A stretch of DNA of 64,000 nucleotides from a virus. Positions 37,555 through 46,664 of the stretch are shown in pieces. Numbering within the stretch: position 1 is the stretch's first letter; the number at the start of each line of letters is the position of its first letter. The notes beneath the pieces were generated by a model. The model did no database searches, was not told the origin of the DNA, and saw nothing but the letters and a program-made list of their open reading frames with translations. A program made the translations under genes and the position numbers. The stretch lies in the IMG/VR virus record IMGVR_UViG_3300007162_000005. One strand, written 5' to 3'.

Positions 37555-37578
37555 TAATTTAGCTGTGACTTTTCACAG
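37555..37578 (-). promoter_or_regulatory. GCTAAATTA late-type motif with an abutting palindromic CTGTGA-AAAG-TCACAG element (operator-like)
   Basis: Directly upstream of the endonuclease SD; shares GTGACTTTTC with polA motif A in inverted orientation. Confidence 0.6.
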
Positions 37579-37595
37579 TAAGATATAGGTGGGTG

Positions 37596-39176
37596 TTAAA
37601 TATATAAATATGTGTACTTTTCTTCAGTTTTCACTCTTTTTACTACATCTCCTTCAATAATATCACCTGGAACAACATCTTTGACACGTTTCCACCCATT
37701 ACTTGTTTGAACCTCTGAGATATTACTTACTTCATAAAACTCATCCTTTGATATTTCTACGTCCTTGTAGTCTGTCTTGGCTTTAAACATCATACGTATT
37801 TCTTTATTTGATGCTGGAAGCTGTTGTAGGTTAGGGTCACTAGAACTGAATCGTCCAGTGGCTGCACCATATTGATTAAAATGACCGTGAACTCTTCCAT
37901 CAATAGGATTAACCTTTTGAGGTAAGGAATCGATAAAAGCATCTAATAGTTTAACTAAACCACGTCTTTCTAAGATAAGTTTAGATAGAGGTATATTGAT
38001 AGCCTCAAGAATATCTTCCCCAGTACCACGTGGACTTTCTTTACTTACTTGCTCAACACCAATTACATCATATAACAGGATAGCAAGTTGAGTCGGACTT
38101 CCTAAGTTAATAACATCAGGTAATTGTTCTGATTTGGATTTACCACCATCTTCACCTGACTTCTTTTTAGGTTTAGTGTTAGCATCAGGAGTTGTTCTCC
38201 AGGCATCTATTCTAGATTTATACTTGTCTAATTCAACGGCAATTCTTTTATCTAATTCATCTAACTTAGCATGATATTTGACACTAAGTCTCTTTGCGTA
38301 TTCTTTGTCAAGTTCAATACCAGCGAGTTCCATTTCTGCAACTACACGAATAACAGGCATTTCTACTTCACGGAAAAGGTTATTAACTTTTTTATACTCT
38401 TCACTTTCCATGATTGGTTTTTGATATTCATATAGTTTATAAGTCATGTAAGGGTCTGTAGCAGCATATAATGCAAAAACTTCAGGTGGAAAGATAGCAT
38501 ATTCTTCTTTTTCAAATAAGTCTTCAATAGAGTATTTTTCTTGTTCTGAATCAATATGTAAAATATACTGTTGTTTTAATCCTGCCAATTCATTTTCATC
38601 AATAAGCTTGGCAGCAATCATTGTATCCCAATAGCAGGGAAGTTCGATACCACAAGTTGTTTTGATAACTTGGAAATCAAACTTTGAGTTGTGCATGATG
38701 GTCAAAATTTGAGCATCTACAACACGAGACAGTTCTTCTTTTATATCTTGTTCTGTAAGTTGATTTGGGAGCTTTTCTCCGGTTTTATAATCAACATGGT
38801 TTACAGGAATGTATACTTTTTTATTATTAGGAGTATAGACACAGAGACCCATTAACTTTGCAGTTAGTGGGTCTAGGGAGTTATTTGTTTCAGTGTCTAT
38901 AGCGATGATGTCGTTATGAATAGCTTGAGTTATATAATTAGAGAACTCTTGTTTCGTTCTAATAACTAAAACATCATCTTTTTGTTTTTCTAAGGTTTTA
39001 TTAACTTTCTCAGTGATTAAAGAAATCTTTTCTTCTACCGATATTTTCTTAGACTTGATTTTCTTTTCAACAGTGACTTTAGCCTCTTTGGGCTTTTTGA
39101 CCTTGTTGATTATTTTTTGGGTCTTTTCCGCTGAGTTAGAAACACCCAATTCAAAATTAAAGATATCGGCATTCAT
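37596..39176 (-). CDS. polA: Family A DNA polymerase N-terminal gene (3'-5' exonuclease, thumb, start of palm) with a Hint-like tail
   Basis: AIDTET, HNSKFD, YAATD; TGRFSSSDPNLQQLP...IRMMFKA, then a non-polymerase tail EVQTSNGWKRVKDVVPGD. Confidence 0.9.
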   Translation of the reverse strand: MNADIFNFELGVSNSAEKTQKIINKVKKPKEAKVTVEKKIKSKKISVEEKISLITEKVNKTLEKQKDDVLVIRTKQEFSNYITQAIHNDIIAIDTETNNSLDPLTAKLMGLCVYTPNNKKVYIPVNHVDYKTGEKLPNQLTEQDIKEELSRVVDAQILTIMHNSKFDFQVIKTTCGIELPCYWDTMIAAKLIDENELAGLKQQYILHIDSEQEKYSIEDLFEKEEYAIFPPEVFALYAATDPYMTYKLYEYQKPIMESEEYKKVNNLFREVEMPVIRVVAEMELAGIELDKEYAKRLSVKYHAKLDELDKRIAVELDKYKSRIDAWRTTPDANTKPKKKSGEDGGKSKSEQLPDVINLGSPTQLAILLYDVIGVEQVSKESPRGTGEDILEAINIPLSKLILERRGLVKLLDAFIDSLPQKVNPIDGRVHGHFNQYGAATGRFSSSDPNLQQLPASNKEIRMMFKAKTDYKDVEISKDEFYEVSNISEVQTSNGWKRVKDVVPGDIIEGDVVKRVKTEEKYTYLYI

Positions 39177-39190
39177 TTTGTTAATACCTA

Positions 39191-39991
39191 TTAAAACTTA
39201 TAACGTTGAGGTCTGCCTTCGATTGGGCTAGATTGACCTGTTGTGGTAGGCTTTGGTTGTTCGGGAGCAGGGGTCGTAGGTTGAGGAGCTGGTTTAGGAG
39301 TTGCAGGAGCAGCAGAAACTGCTGGTCTAGAATAACTACCAGTCTTTTCAGCAATAGCTTCAGTGCGTGGGAAATCACCAGTTTTTAAGAAGGTGTTAAT
39401 TTCATCAGCAGTCTTAACTAAGTAAAAGCTTCCAGCCATTTTGAAACCTTCAAAGTCAGCAAAATCTTTGACATAGATTTCAGGTTTGTAGATTTCTTGA
39501 CGAACAGGGATAATGTCATAGGTGGTGTCAGTGCTTCCACGTGTACCACGACGTTTAACCTTGAAAACGAAGTTGGTTAAATCACCATATTCATCCATGA
39601 ATGATTTTAATTCACGTGCGAACTTGGCAGGACGTTCCCAAACACGTGCTTTAGGCACAATGTTTCCGTTGTCATCTTTAACGTATTCAATAAGCTTAAC
39701 GTAGAACTTATCAACAACTTTATTACCACTTAAGCAAAGTGGGCATTTAGCCATTGGTTCGTTTGCTTCACGTAAGCAGAAAACACGTTTGTAAAGTTCT
39801 TTTCCATCTTTACCTGTTGTTTTCACAACGTGAACAGTAACAATATTAAATTCTTGTACTGAACTATAGGCGAAACGCACAACTGCGTCATCACCATCGT
39901 CTTTGAGCGAAAAGTAACCAACTTTATATTCCTTGTTGGATGTGTTAGTACTTTTCTTGTTTTCGTAATCTGCGAAACTAATGTTTGCCAT
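39191..39991 (-). CDS. ssb: Single-stranded DNA-binding protein (gp32-like, Zn-binding)
   Basis: FSLKDDGDDAVVRF, H...C...CPLC, G.RGSTDTTY, low-complexity C-terminal tail. Confidence 0.75.
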   Translation of the reverse strand: MANISFADYENKKSTNTSNKEYKVGYFSLKDDGDDAVVRFAYSSVQEFNIVTVHVVKTTGKDGKELYKRVFCLREANEPMAKCPLCLSGNKVVDKFYVKLIEYVKDDNGNIVPKARVWERPAKFARELKSFMDEYGDLTNFVFKVKRRGTRGSTDTTYDIIPVRQEIYKPEIYVKDFADFEGFKMAGSFYLVKTADEINTFLKTGDFPRTEAIAEKTGSYSRPAVSAAPATPKPAPQPTTPAPEQPKPTTTGQSSPIEGRPQRYKF

Positions 39992-40022
39992 AATTTACCT
40001 CTTTATGTTTTTTTTTATTTAT

Positions 40023-40181
40023 TTATTCTGCGGCTTCTGTTTTGGCTGCTGGTTGTTGAAGTTGTTTTTCTGCTTGAGCTCTAATGTTAGCAATTAAGCC
40101 AGCCACTTGAGCGAAGGGTAATTGCGATAACGCATTTAACACCAACTGTGCTTCTTCAACTTTTAATTCTAAGTGAATCAT
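40023..40181 (-). CDS. Small helical protein (52 aa), absent from the ORF track
   Basis: SD AAGGAG; MIHLELKVEEAQLVLNALSQLPFAQVAGLIANIRAQAEKQ... Confidence 0.7.
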   Translation of the reverse strand: MIHLELKVEEAQLVLNALSQLPFAQVAGLIANIRAQAEKQLQQPAAKTEAAE

Positions 40182-40238
40182 TGTTAATCTCCTTTCTGTG
40201 CTTCTATATTATTATACAACTTTTTTTAAACTTTTAAG

Positions 40239-41264
40239 TCATATAGTAACTTTTCTCCCCAATAGTTTTGAATCATACACTTTTTTAAGGGATTCATAGT
40301 TTAATTGTTTATTTTCTAATAAAGATATAAAGGTTTGTTTATCCAAATCGTTAATATCTTTATCCTCAGGAATATCGAGAACATCTATAAATACATCTTT
40401 TCTTATGTTTTTGATGAATTTTGCTGTCCCACGTCTTCCTGCTTCATCACCGTCAAATGCTAGAATATAGTGTCTAACATTGCTTCTATTGAATGTTTCA
40501 AACTGTTTTGTGGTAATCCCAACTCCGAAGGTTGCAACTGCCGGTATACCATAAGAAAGACATGTTAAGGCATTGATTTGACTTTCTACCACTACAACAT
40601 AGGATATGTCGTTTTCTTTAATGTGATTCATTAAATATATGGGTTTTTCCTTAGCTGCATCTATAATAAAGGTTTTATCCTTTACGGAACGTCTAGTAAG
40701 CATATAAAGCTTTCCAAATTCATCCCAAACAGGAAATACAATACTGCTAGTCTTAGGGTCATACTTAACCTTAAATCTTTCACATACCTCTTTAGATAAC
40801 TTACGGGTTGTCATATATGGGTGGTAGGATTCAAAGGTATTTAGTATAGATTCATCTAAGTAATCTGGTTCTTTGTCTTTATGCCTTGTTAAGTCAATAA
40901 GTGGTAAAGTTAGTTCCCTTTCAACAAATGTATTGCCAAAACGTTCTAATAACCACTCTCTTCCAAAAGACTCATTCTTTTCAAAGCAACCAGAAACAAA
41001 TTGAGGGAAATTACCGTGTGCGTTACAAACGAAACAGTGGTAATCTCCTTCTTCAAATTCATTATGCTTAGCAGCAAAGACAGTACATGCTGGTTTCTTT
41101 TCTTTATGGTCAGCATGAAATGGACATGTGACAACAAAGTGATTACCACGTTTAGTGATATCTCTCAAAAACATATCACCATTATCTGATGTTTCTTGAC
41201 GGATTAATTGAAGAATCTTTTCAATAGGTTCTTCTATGTATCTACTATCGTTTATTTTAATCAT
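40239..41264 (-). CDS. dnaG: DNA primase (Zn finger plus TOPRIM)
   Basis: CPFH..H.E....C..C; VVESQINAL; FDGDEAG; KDIND. Confidence 0.9.
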   Translation of the reverse strand: MIKINDSRYIEEPIEKILQLIRQETSDNGDMFLRDITKRGNHFVVTCPFHADHKEKKPACTVFAAKHNEFEEGDYHCFVCNAHGNFPQFVSGCFEKNESFGREWLLERFGNTFVERELTLPLIDLTRHKDKEPDYLDESILNTFESYHPYMTTRKLSKEVCERFKVKYDPKTSSIVFPVWDEFGKLYMLTRRSVKDKTFIIDAAKEKPIYLMNHIKENDISYVVVVESQINALTCLSYGIPAVATFGVGITTKQFETFNRSNVRHYILAFDGDEAGRRGTAKFIKNIRKDVFIDVLDIPEDKDINDLDKQTFISLLENKQLNYESLKKVYDSKLLGRKVTI

Positions 41265-41451
41265 TTAATGTTAATAATCTTTTTAAATCTTCTATTTCTT
41301 TTCTAATAGACTTTGCTTGTTTTAAAAGGCTTTCTCTAATCGGTTGAGTGTCTTTTTCATTGTAAGTTGAAGAATAAGAAATATAAACCTTTTCAAGGTG
41401 TTCTAATTCCTTAATTTTACTTAATATTTTAGATTTTTCAGTTTTTTCCAT
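41257..41451 (-). CDS. Small hypothetical protein (start corrected to MEKTEK)
   Basis: The longer ORF-track version overlaps dnaB. Confidence 0.55.
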   Translation of the reverse strand: MEKTEKSKILSKIKELEHLEKVYISYSSTYNEKDTQPIRESLLKQAKSIRKEIEDLKRLLTLND

Positions 41452-41455
41452 AATT

Positions 41456-42745
41456 TTAGAATACATCCTCTCCTGTTGATTCTTTATTGGGTTGTGTGGG
41501 GTAATCATTCCCGGTTTGTTGTGGCTGTTGTGGTTGTTGACCTTCTTCCACTTCTTCAGGGATAAAGGTGAAGTCACCCTTATTGAAGTCTACTAAGTAA
41601 GATAACACTTTACCATTAGCACTGTCTCTTGATTTAACAAGGTTAAGTTTAATAATGTCTTCATCTTTTTCTAAAAAGATAATGCAGGTGCTGTCTTGAC
41701 CAATACGGTCTGACTGTGCGATTTGAGTTGTATCAACACCGCCACCTTCGTTCTTAGTTCTGTTTTGTTGAGAAACAGAAACGATAGGAACACGTTTAAG
41801 TACTTGAAGGTTCTTTAAGTCTTTAGAGATGTTAGCAGCTTTTTCAACAGGTGTCTTGCCGTGTCTATAGTCTTCTAATAAAGACAGCTGGTCTACGAAA
41901 AGAATATCTAAACCTTCTTTTTCAATAAACAATCGTAAGGCATTAACATCTGCTGGCCCATTAATCATGTTAGGTGTTAAAACCTTAAGGGAACCAGTAA
42001 ACATGGTAGGAAGCTGTTTAATGAATTGTTCATATTCACTTTGAATAGAGATATTACCGTGAATAAGACTACCGTTAGGAATATGTCCGACAAGGGTGTC
42101 AATACGATAACCGACTTTACGTTCACTCATTTCACCTGAGTAGATTCCAACTTTAAGACCTTGCTTAGCAGCTGCTGCAGCACATTTTAAGAGAATCCAA
42201 GATTTACCATAGTTAGTACGAGCAACGATGGTAGCAAGTTCTTCTTGTCTGTCCCAACCACCAATAATTTGGTCAAGTTCTCTAAAACCAGTTGAGATAT
42301 AGTACTTGTTAAAGTCTTTAGTTCTTTCTAAGTAAGCATCATAACGTGTTGTATCTTTAAGGATATCAACCGATTGTAAAGAAACACCTACATAGAAGTT
42401 TTCTGCTTCTTCTTGATAAAGTCTGGTAGCCTCATCAACCTTGCCTGCCATTAAAAGAGTTCTTACCTTATTAAAGACCTCAGCAAGTTTTCTTGTCTTA
42501 TAGTCGGTAAATAACTCTTCAATAAGATATTGAGGAGTTTCATTTACTTTGATAACTTCAAATTCTTGAAAGGATGATAAAAAGCTTTCTAAGTCTGGGA
42601 TATTACCATATTTATCCAAGTGTCTTTTGATATAGGCAAATTCTCCCTTATAGTCACTAAAATGACCTTCATTGAGATTGTTTAAAACAATAAGGGAAGA
42701 ATCCTTAGAATTTAATACGTAATTTAAAAATTGTAATTGAATCAC
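41456..42745 (-). CDS. dnaB: Replicative helicase, DnaB/SF4
   Basis: ARTNYGKS, SGEM, FVDQL, SQQNR, SDRIGQD. Confidence 0.93.
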   Translation of the reverse strand: MIQLQFLNYVLNSKDSSLIVLNNLNEGHFSDYKGEFAYIKRHLDKYGNIPDLESFLSSFQEFEVIKVNETPQYLIEELFTDYKTRKLAEVFNKVRTLLMAGKVDEATRLYQEEAENFYVGVSLQSVDILKDTTRYDAYLERTKDFNKYYISTGFRELDQIIGGWDRQEELATIVARTNYGKSWILLKCAAAAAKQGLKVGIYSGEMSERKVGYRIDTLVGHIPNGSLIHGNISIQSEYEQFIKQLPTMFTGSLKVLTPNMINGPADVNALRLFIEKEGLDILFVDQLSLLEDYRHGKTPVEKAANISKDLKNLQVLKRVPIVSVSQQNRTKNEGGGVDTTQIAQSDRIGQDSTCIIFLEKDEDIIKLNLVKSRDSANGKVLSYLVDFNKGDFTFIPEEVEEGQQPQQPQQTGNDYPTQPNKESTGEDVF

Positions 42746-42786
42746 TAGTTATCACCTCTCCACTTAATTATACAACTTTATTTAGA

Positions 42787-43035
42787 CTATTCTTCGTCAT
42801 TAGTTTTAAGAACTGTTACAATCTTTTTAAAAGTAAAGTAAATGATTGCTTCAAAAACAGTGTCCACTAAGAAACCACCAATAACCGCAGCATTGATAAT
42901 AACAAACACAAGGTTGTTTAAAGATGGTGATTCTAACATGTTTAAAGATAAACGGTATAATAGACCGCTACCTACTAACAATACAACTAAATCAAACACT
43001 AACGACATAACATATTTTCTTTTGATTACTTTCAT
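42787..43035 (-). CDS. Small two-helix membrane protein
   Basis: Two hydrophobic segments. Confidence 0.65.
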   Translation of the reverse strand: MKVIKRKYVMSLVFDLVVLLVGSGLLYRLSLNMLESPSLNNLVFVIINAAVIGGFLVDTVFEAIIYFTFKKIVTVLKTNDEE

Positions 43036-43652
43036 GATTTAAATCCTCTTCTATCCTGTCCTTTTAATTCTACACTGTATGAAGTCTTTGAAATCCGAGA
43101 GTGTAGTCTTTTTCCTACGGCTTTCAATAGTTGGTCATTGTCTAAGTTTGAAGTATAGATATTTGTCTTACCTGCATCTATTCTAGCATTGATTAAACTC
43201 ATAATGTTTTCATGCTCGAATTCTGTCAAACCTTTAGTACCAACTTCGTCCCAGATAACAATGTCTGCTGTCATAACATTCTTTTTAATGTAATCTACAT
43301 AGTCACTCTTTTCGGATATGTTATCTTTAATGGCTAACATGTACCGAGGAACACTGATGAACAATGCACGGCATTTTAATTCTGTCTTTGACCATATCTT
43401 TTCAAAATAAGCCTGAACCATTCTAATTGACCAAGATGTTTTTCCATTTCCTGTAGTAGTTGAGTGAATGTATAAATTCTGACCACCCCTAACAAAATCC
43501 ACTATAGACTCTTCAATACTCTTTAAGGTTTTATATGCTTCTAAATCTACTCCATCGTCATCTAAAAACAAATCTATTCGTTGTTTCTGTCTTTCCGAGA
43601 TAAGGGCTTTCTTATACAAGTAATCTAATTTGAATTGTTTAATGTCTATCAT
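43032..43652 (-). CDS. dnaC: DnaC/DnaI-like helicase-loader ATPase
   Basis: TGNGKT, IWDEVG, IYTSN, RLHSRI; upstream of dnaB. Confidence 0.85.
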   Translation of the reverse strand: MIDIKQFKLDYLYKKALISERQKQRIDLFLDDDGVDLEAYKTLKSIEESIVDFVRGGQNLYIHSTTTGNGKTSWSIRMVQAYFEKIWSKTELKCRALFISVPRYMLAIKDNISEKSDYVDYIKKNVMTADIVIWDEVGTKGLTEFEHENIMSLINARIDAGKTNIYTSNLDNDQLLKAVGKRLHSRISKTSYSVELKGQDRRGFKS

Positions 43653-43704
43653 ATCTTATTATACAACGTTATTTAGAAAATAACCCTCCTCTCAGTTATT
43701 TTTA

Positions 43705-43780
43705 TGGCACCCCGAACAGGAATCGAACCTGTGACCAACAGCTTAGAAGGCTGATGCTCTATCCACTGAGCTACCGGGGT
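43705..43780 (-). tRNA. tRNA-Arg(UCU)
   Basis: Cloverleaf, loop CTTCTAA, encoded CCA. Confidence 0.93.
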
Positions 43781-43790
43781 ATACTCAATA

Positions 43791-43818
43791 GAGCCGTTTT
43801 AAGACATGCTCAGGTCTT
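43791..43818 (-). ncRNA. Compact H-type pseudoknot candidate
   Basis: AAGAC/GUCUU stem; loop GAGC pairs with downstream GCUC. Confidence 0.5.
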
Positions 43819-43822
43819 ATGA

Positions 43823-43990
43823 TTAAAAGATGGCTAAGATGCCAAATCCGATTAAGACAAGTGCTACTCCCATCAGTAAGATTTTAAAGAAATATCCTAC
43901 TAAACTATCTGGGGCACTATCTGGGGTAAGATTCCAATACATGAAACCAACACCTGCCAGGGCAATAATCACACCAATAATTAAGTCCAT
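43823..43990 (-). CDS. 55-aa two-helix membrane protein within the tRNA cluster, absent from the ORF track
   Basis: SD AAGGAG; MDLIIGVIIALAGVGFMYWNLTPDSAPDSLVGYFFKILLMGVALVLIGFGILAIF. Confidence 0.7.
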   Translation of the reverse strand: MDLIIGVIIALAGVGFMYWNLTPDSAPDSLVGYFFKILLMGVALVLIGFGILAIF

Positions 43991-44018
43991 AGAATCTCCT
44001 TTCTTTTAATTTTTAGTC

Positions 44019-44094
44019 TGGTGCCTGTTAGAGGATTCGAACCACTGACCTACGCATTACAAGTGCGTTGCTCTACCAACTGAGCTAAACAGGC
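44019..44094 (-). tRNA. tRNA-Thr(UGU)
   Basis: Cloverleaf, loop CTTGTAA, CCA; one T-stem mismatch. Confidence 0.9.
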
Positions 44095-44099
44095 ATACA

Positions 44100-44174
44100 T
44101 GGTCCTCTCGGGAAGAGTCGAACTTCCATCTCGCCCTTATAAGGAGCTTGCTCTGACCCCTGAGCTACAAGAGG
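44100..44174 (-). tRNA. tRNA-Ile(UAU)
   Basis: Cloverleaf, loop CTTATAA, discriminator A, CCA. Confidence 0.85.
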
Positions 44175-44185
44175 ATTACGTAACT

Positions 44186-44214
44186 ATTATACAACTAATA
44201 GCTATTAATGTCAA
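44186..44214 (-). promoter_or_regulatory. sigma70-type promoter of the tRNA cluster
   Basis: TTGACA-17-TATAAT, 11 nt before tRNA-Ile. Confidence 0.85.
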
Positions 44215-44218
44215 CAAT

Positions 44219-44428
44219 TTATGCTAATGAATTTAAAAAACTTTCCAATTGACCAATGGTCTCAAAGAACTTTCTTATACCACCATTAAGAAACAAGTAA
44301 ACAGTAAAACCATATTCAAAGGTGTCTATTTCCAAAGAATAACCATTAATTACACCTTGAACTTTTCCACCATAAAATCTTGCTTCAACCTTACCATATT
44401 TTTTTAAAAGACTTTCCATTGTGTGCAT
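44219..44428 (-). CDS. Hypothetical protein
   Basis: 69-aa ORF with SD. Confidence 0.6.
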   Translation of the reverse strand: MHTMESLLKKYGKVEARFYGGKVQGVINGYSLEIDTFEYGFTVYLFLNGGIRKFFETIGQLESFLNSLA

Positions 44429-44446
44429 ATTTTATTTTTTCCTTTA

Positions 44447-45157
44447 TTAGAATTTCATTTTACCAAACGATTTGTTTGTCTTTACTGTTTCTGACTTGGG
44501 TTTATCCGATTTAGTTTTAGCATAGTTCTTTTCATATTCATTTATAGTCCACTGAAAAGAAATGTGTTTATGGATAATTGCTATCTCAATAAGCTTTAAT
44601 TTGAGTTCCTTATTGCTTCCGGCATATTCGTCAAGATGTTTTTTAAATATTTTAACAGTAGAATGTTCAATATTGTTCCCCTTAGAATGTGCTCTTGCAG
44701 AATCAACCCAATCTTTTAAAGCTTGTAATATATCCTGGTCACCGTCTTGTAACTGTGATTTTATATACTCAAACTTTTCTTCACCCCTTAAGGGCATTGA
44801 TGATGGGATACTAACGGTAATTGGTTTTATCGTTGTATTTGTACCTGCCATTAAACTTGCCACTATTTGAGTGTCTATTTTAATAACATCTTGATTATCC
44901 TTGTCTTTAATAACTAAGTTAATCTGTTGCCAAATAGAATCTATTTCAAGTTGTCTATCAATAGAGACAGTGGTACGCTTTTCAATGTAGCTTCTATCTA
45001 CTTTAAAAGAATCACCGTTGACAAGTTTATCTTTTCTTTTTGCCTTGTCATAAATATTAAGTAACTCTGAACAATAAATAGCGGCATCTAAACCAAACAT
45101 TTTAGCAAGGGGAATATTAACACTTACATAATTATTTGGGTTCAATAAATCTAACAT
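44447..45157 (-). CDS. Putative replication initiator / replisome-organizer-like protein
   Basis: N-terminal LAKMFGLDAAIY winged-helix-like pattern; near dnaC/dnaB. Confidence 0.45.
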   Translation of the reverse strand: MLDLLNPNNYVSVNIPLAKMFGLDAAIYCSELLNIYDKAKRKDKLVNGDSFKVDRSYIEKRTTVSIDRQLEIDSIWQQINLVIKDKDNQDVIKIDTQIVASLMAGTNTTIKPITVSIPSSMPLRGEEKFEYIKSQLQDGDQDILQALKDWVDSARAHSKGNNIEHSTVKIFKKHLDEYAGSNKELKLKLIEIAIIHKHISFQWTINEYEKNYAKTKSDKPKSETVKTNKSFGKMKF

Positions 45158-45169
45158 ATTACCATCTCC

Positions 45170-45757
45170 TTACTTGTTCTTAAAGAACTTATATAGATTG
45201 ATTCTTTTGAACCAACGACTCTTTGTAAACACCGTACCAAACATATATCTTGATTGAGAATTACATTCTTTTGTAAATAATGTCCTGAGACCGTTATTAA
45301 ACTCTTGAATAGATAAGTTATCGATAGGTCCTTTAAAGACATTCTTGACAGTGTTGTAATTAACTAAGTAAAGGTTTCTATCGTGTTCAAATAACACCAT
45401 AACATGATTAGACATAACATTATCATTTAGAGATGTCACTAAGGATGTTTTATACCCAGCCTTTGTAAGTAGTTCATAGGCAGCTGCATGAAACCCATCA
45501 CAGTCATCAAACAACTTGCTGTTTTGAAGTTGATAAAGAGCATAGTCAGGTGGAACAATAGCATCGCCAATTTCCTTAACACCGTCATAAGTATAAACAA
45601 AGTTTTTGATTAAAGTGTCAAGTTCTTTTTCAACATCTTTTATATCCAACTTAGTTGGACTGTGTTTGATTGGTTTAAGGAAAATATACCTGACTTTATA
45701 CCATAAAGGCAGAAACCACATAACAACATAGAGTACAAATGCCAGTAATTTTTTCAT
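45170..45757 (-). CDS. Membrane-anchored transglutaminase/papain-fold cysteine-protease-like protein
   Basis: N-terminal TM segment; DDCDGFH nucleophile-type motif; NHVMVL. Confidence 0.55.
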   Translation of the reverse strand: MKKLLAFVLYVVMWFLPLWYKVRYIFLKPIKHSPTKLDIKDVEKELDTLIKNFVYTYDGVKEIGDAIVPPDYALYQLQNSKLFDDCDGFHAAAYELLTKAGYKTSLVTSLNDNVMSNHVMVLFEHDRNLYLVNYNTVKNVFKGPIDNLSIQEFNNGLRTLFTKECNSQSRYMFGTVFTKSRWFKRINLYKFFKNK

Positions 45758-45760
45758 ATC

Positions 45761-46591
45761 TTAAAGACTTTCTTTTAGGGTTTTAAGAACACTTGGGTCA
45801 CTCTTAATGTTCTTAAAGGTTCGTTCGATATAGTTTTTTAATTCTTTTTTAGGTGTCTTTGATAACTTAACAGCAATTTTAGCTAACTCATTTTTATCAA
45901 CACCATATGTAGAATTGAAATAGTTGATATAACGGCTGTCAATAGTATTAAGATGTTCCACCACTTTTGATGGACTAAAGAGGTAGTCACGTTTTTTAGC
46001 ATTGTAATTGAAAGTATCTTGATGTGCAATGGCATCAATAATCAAAGCTTGAACAACTTTACCACCACGAACAAGAGCTTCTACAATAGAAACACCTGCA
46101 TCTTGAACACCCACGTCTTCAGTGTTTTGGATAACGATATCAGCTGCATCATCAAAAGTATCAACTTGTCTATCAATAGAATCTGCTAAATAGTTTATCT
46201 TTCGTTTGTTTTTATTAAAATGGGCATACCAACGTCGTCTTGTTGAAAAGAAACAACGGTTAAAAACTTTGTCAGGGGCATTGGGGTCTTTGCTTAAAGG
46301 GTTTGAGGGGTCTCGCCATCTGCGGTATTTAAGACCAATATCTAAAGACTCAGAAAGCCAAGAAACAAAATCTTCTAATTCCAGTCTAGCAAAGTCAGAC
46401 TTTTCTGCAAAGTCAAAAACTTTAAACCAATAACGCAACATTAAAGCAGAGTAGTATTGGTCTCGTTTAACAGTATCATTAGCATCATCTGCATCACAAT
46501 ACCCGTTAGCAAGCTCTGTCTTAGACATTGATTGAAAATCACCTAATCGACTAGCACTCATGTAGAAACTGTTGTACATATCTTTTATCAT
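45761..46591 (-). CDS. Hypothetical protein, possibly sigma-factor-like
   Basis: Helical; LEDFVSWL.ESL..GLKY weakly resembles region 2; own early promoter. Confidence 0.3.
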   Translation of the reverse strand: MIKDMYNSFYMSASRLGDFQSMSKTELANGYCDADDANDTVKRDQYYSALMLRYWFKVFDFAEKSDFARLELEDFVSWLSESLDIGLKYRRWRDPSNPLSKDPNAPDKVFNRCFFSTRRRWYAHFNKNKRKINYLADSIDRQVDTFDDAADIVIQNTEDVGVQDAGVSIVEALVRGGKVVQALIIDAIAHQDTFNYNAKKRDYLFSPSKVVEHLNTIDSRYINYFNSTYGVDKNELAKIAVKLSKTPKKELKNYIERTFKNIKSDPSVLKTLKESL

Positions 46592-46635
46592 GTATATTAA
46601 ACCTCCTATGGTTTCATGATTGACATCTTACTTCT

Positions 46636-46664
46636 ATTATATCACATCTTTAATGACTTGTCAA
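46636..46664 (-). promoter_or_regulatory. sigma70-type promoter
   Basis: TTGACA-17-TATAAT. Confidence 0.8.

Noticed and set aside
36750-37600. Cis-splicing group I intron joining the two polA genes
   Set aside because: Only ~60 nt of non-coding sequence on each side of the endonuclease, with no recognisable P3-P7 core. The downstream gene has its own promoter, SD and ATG.
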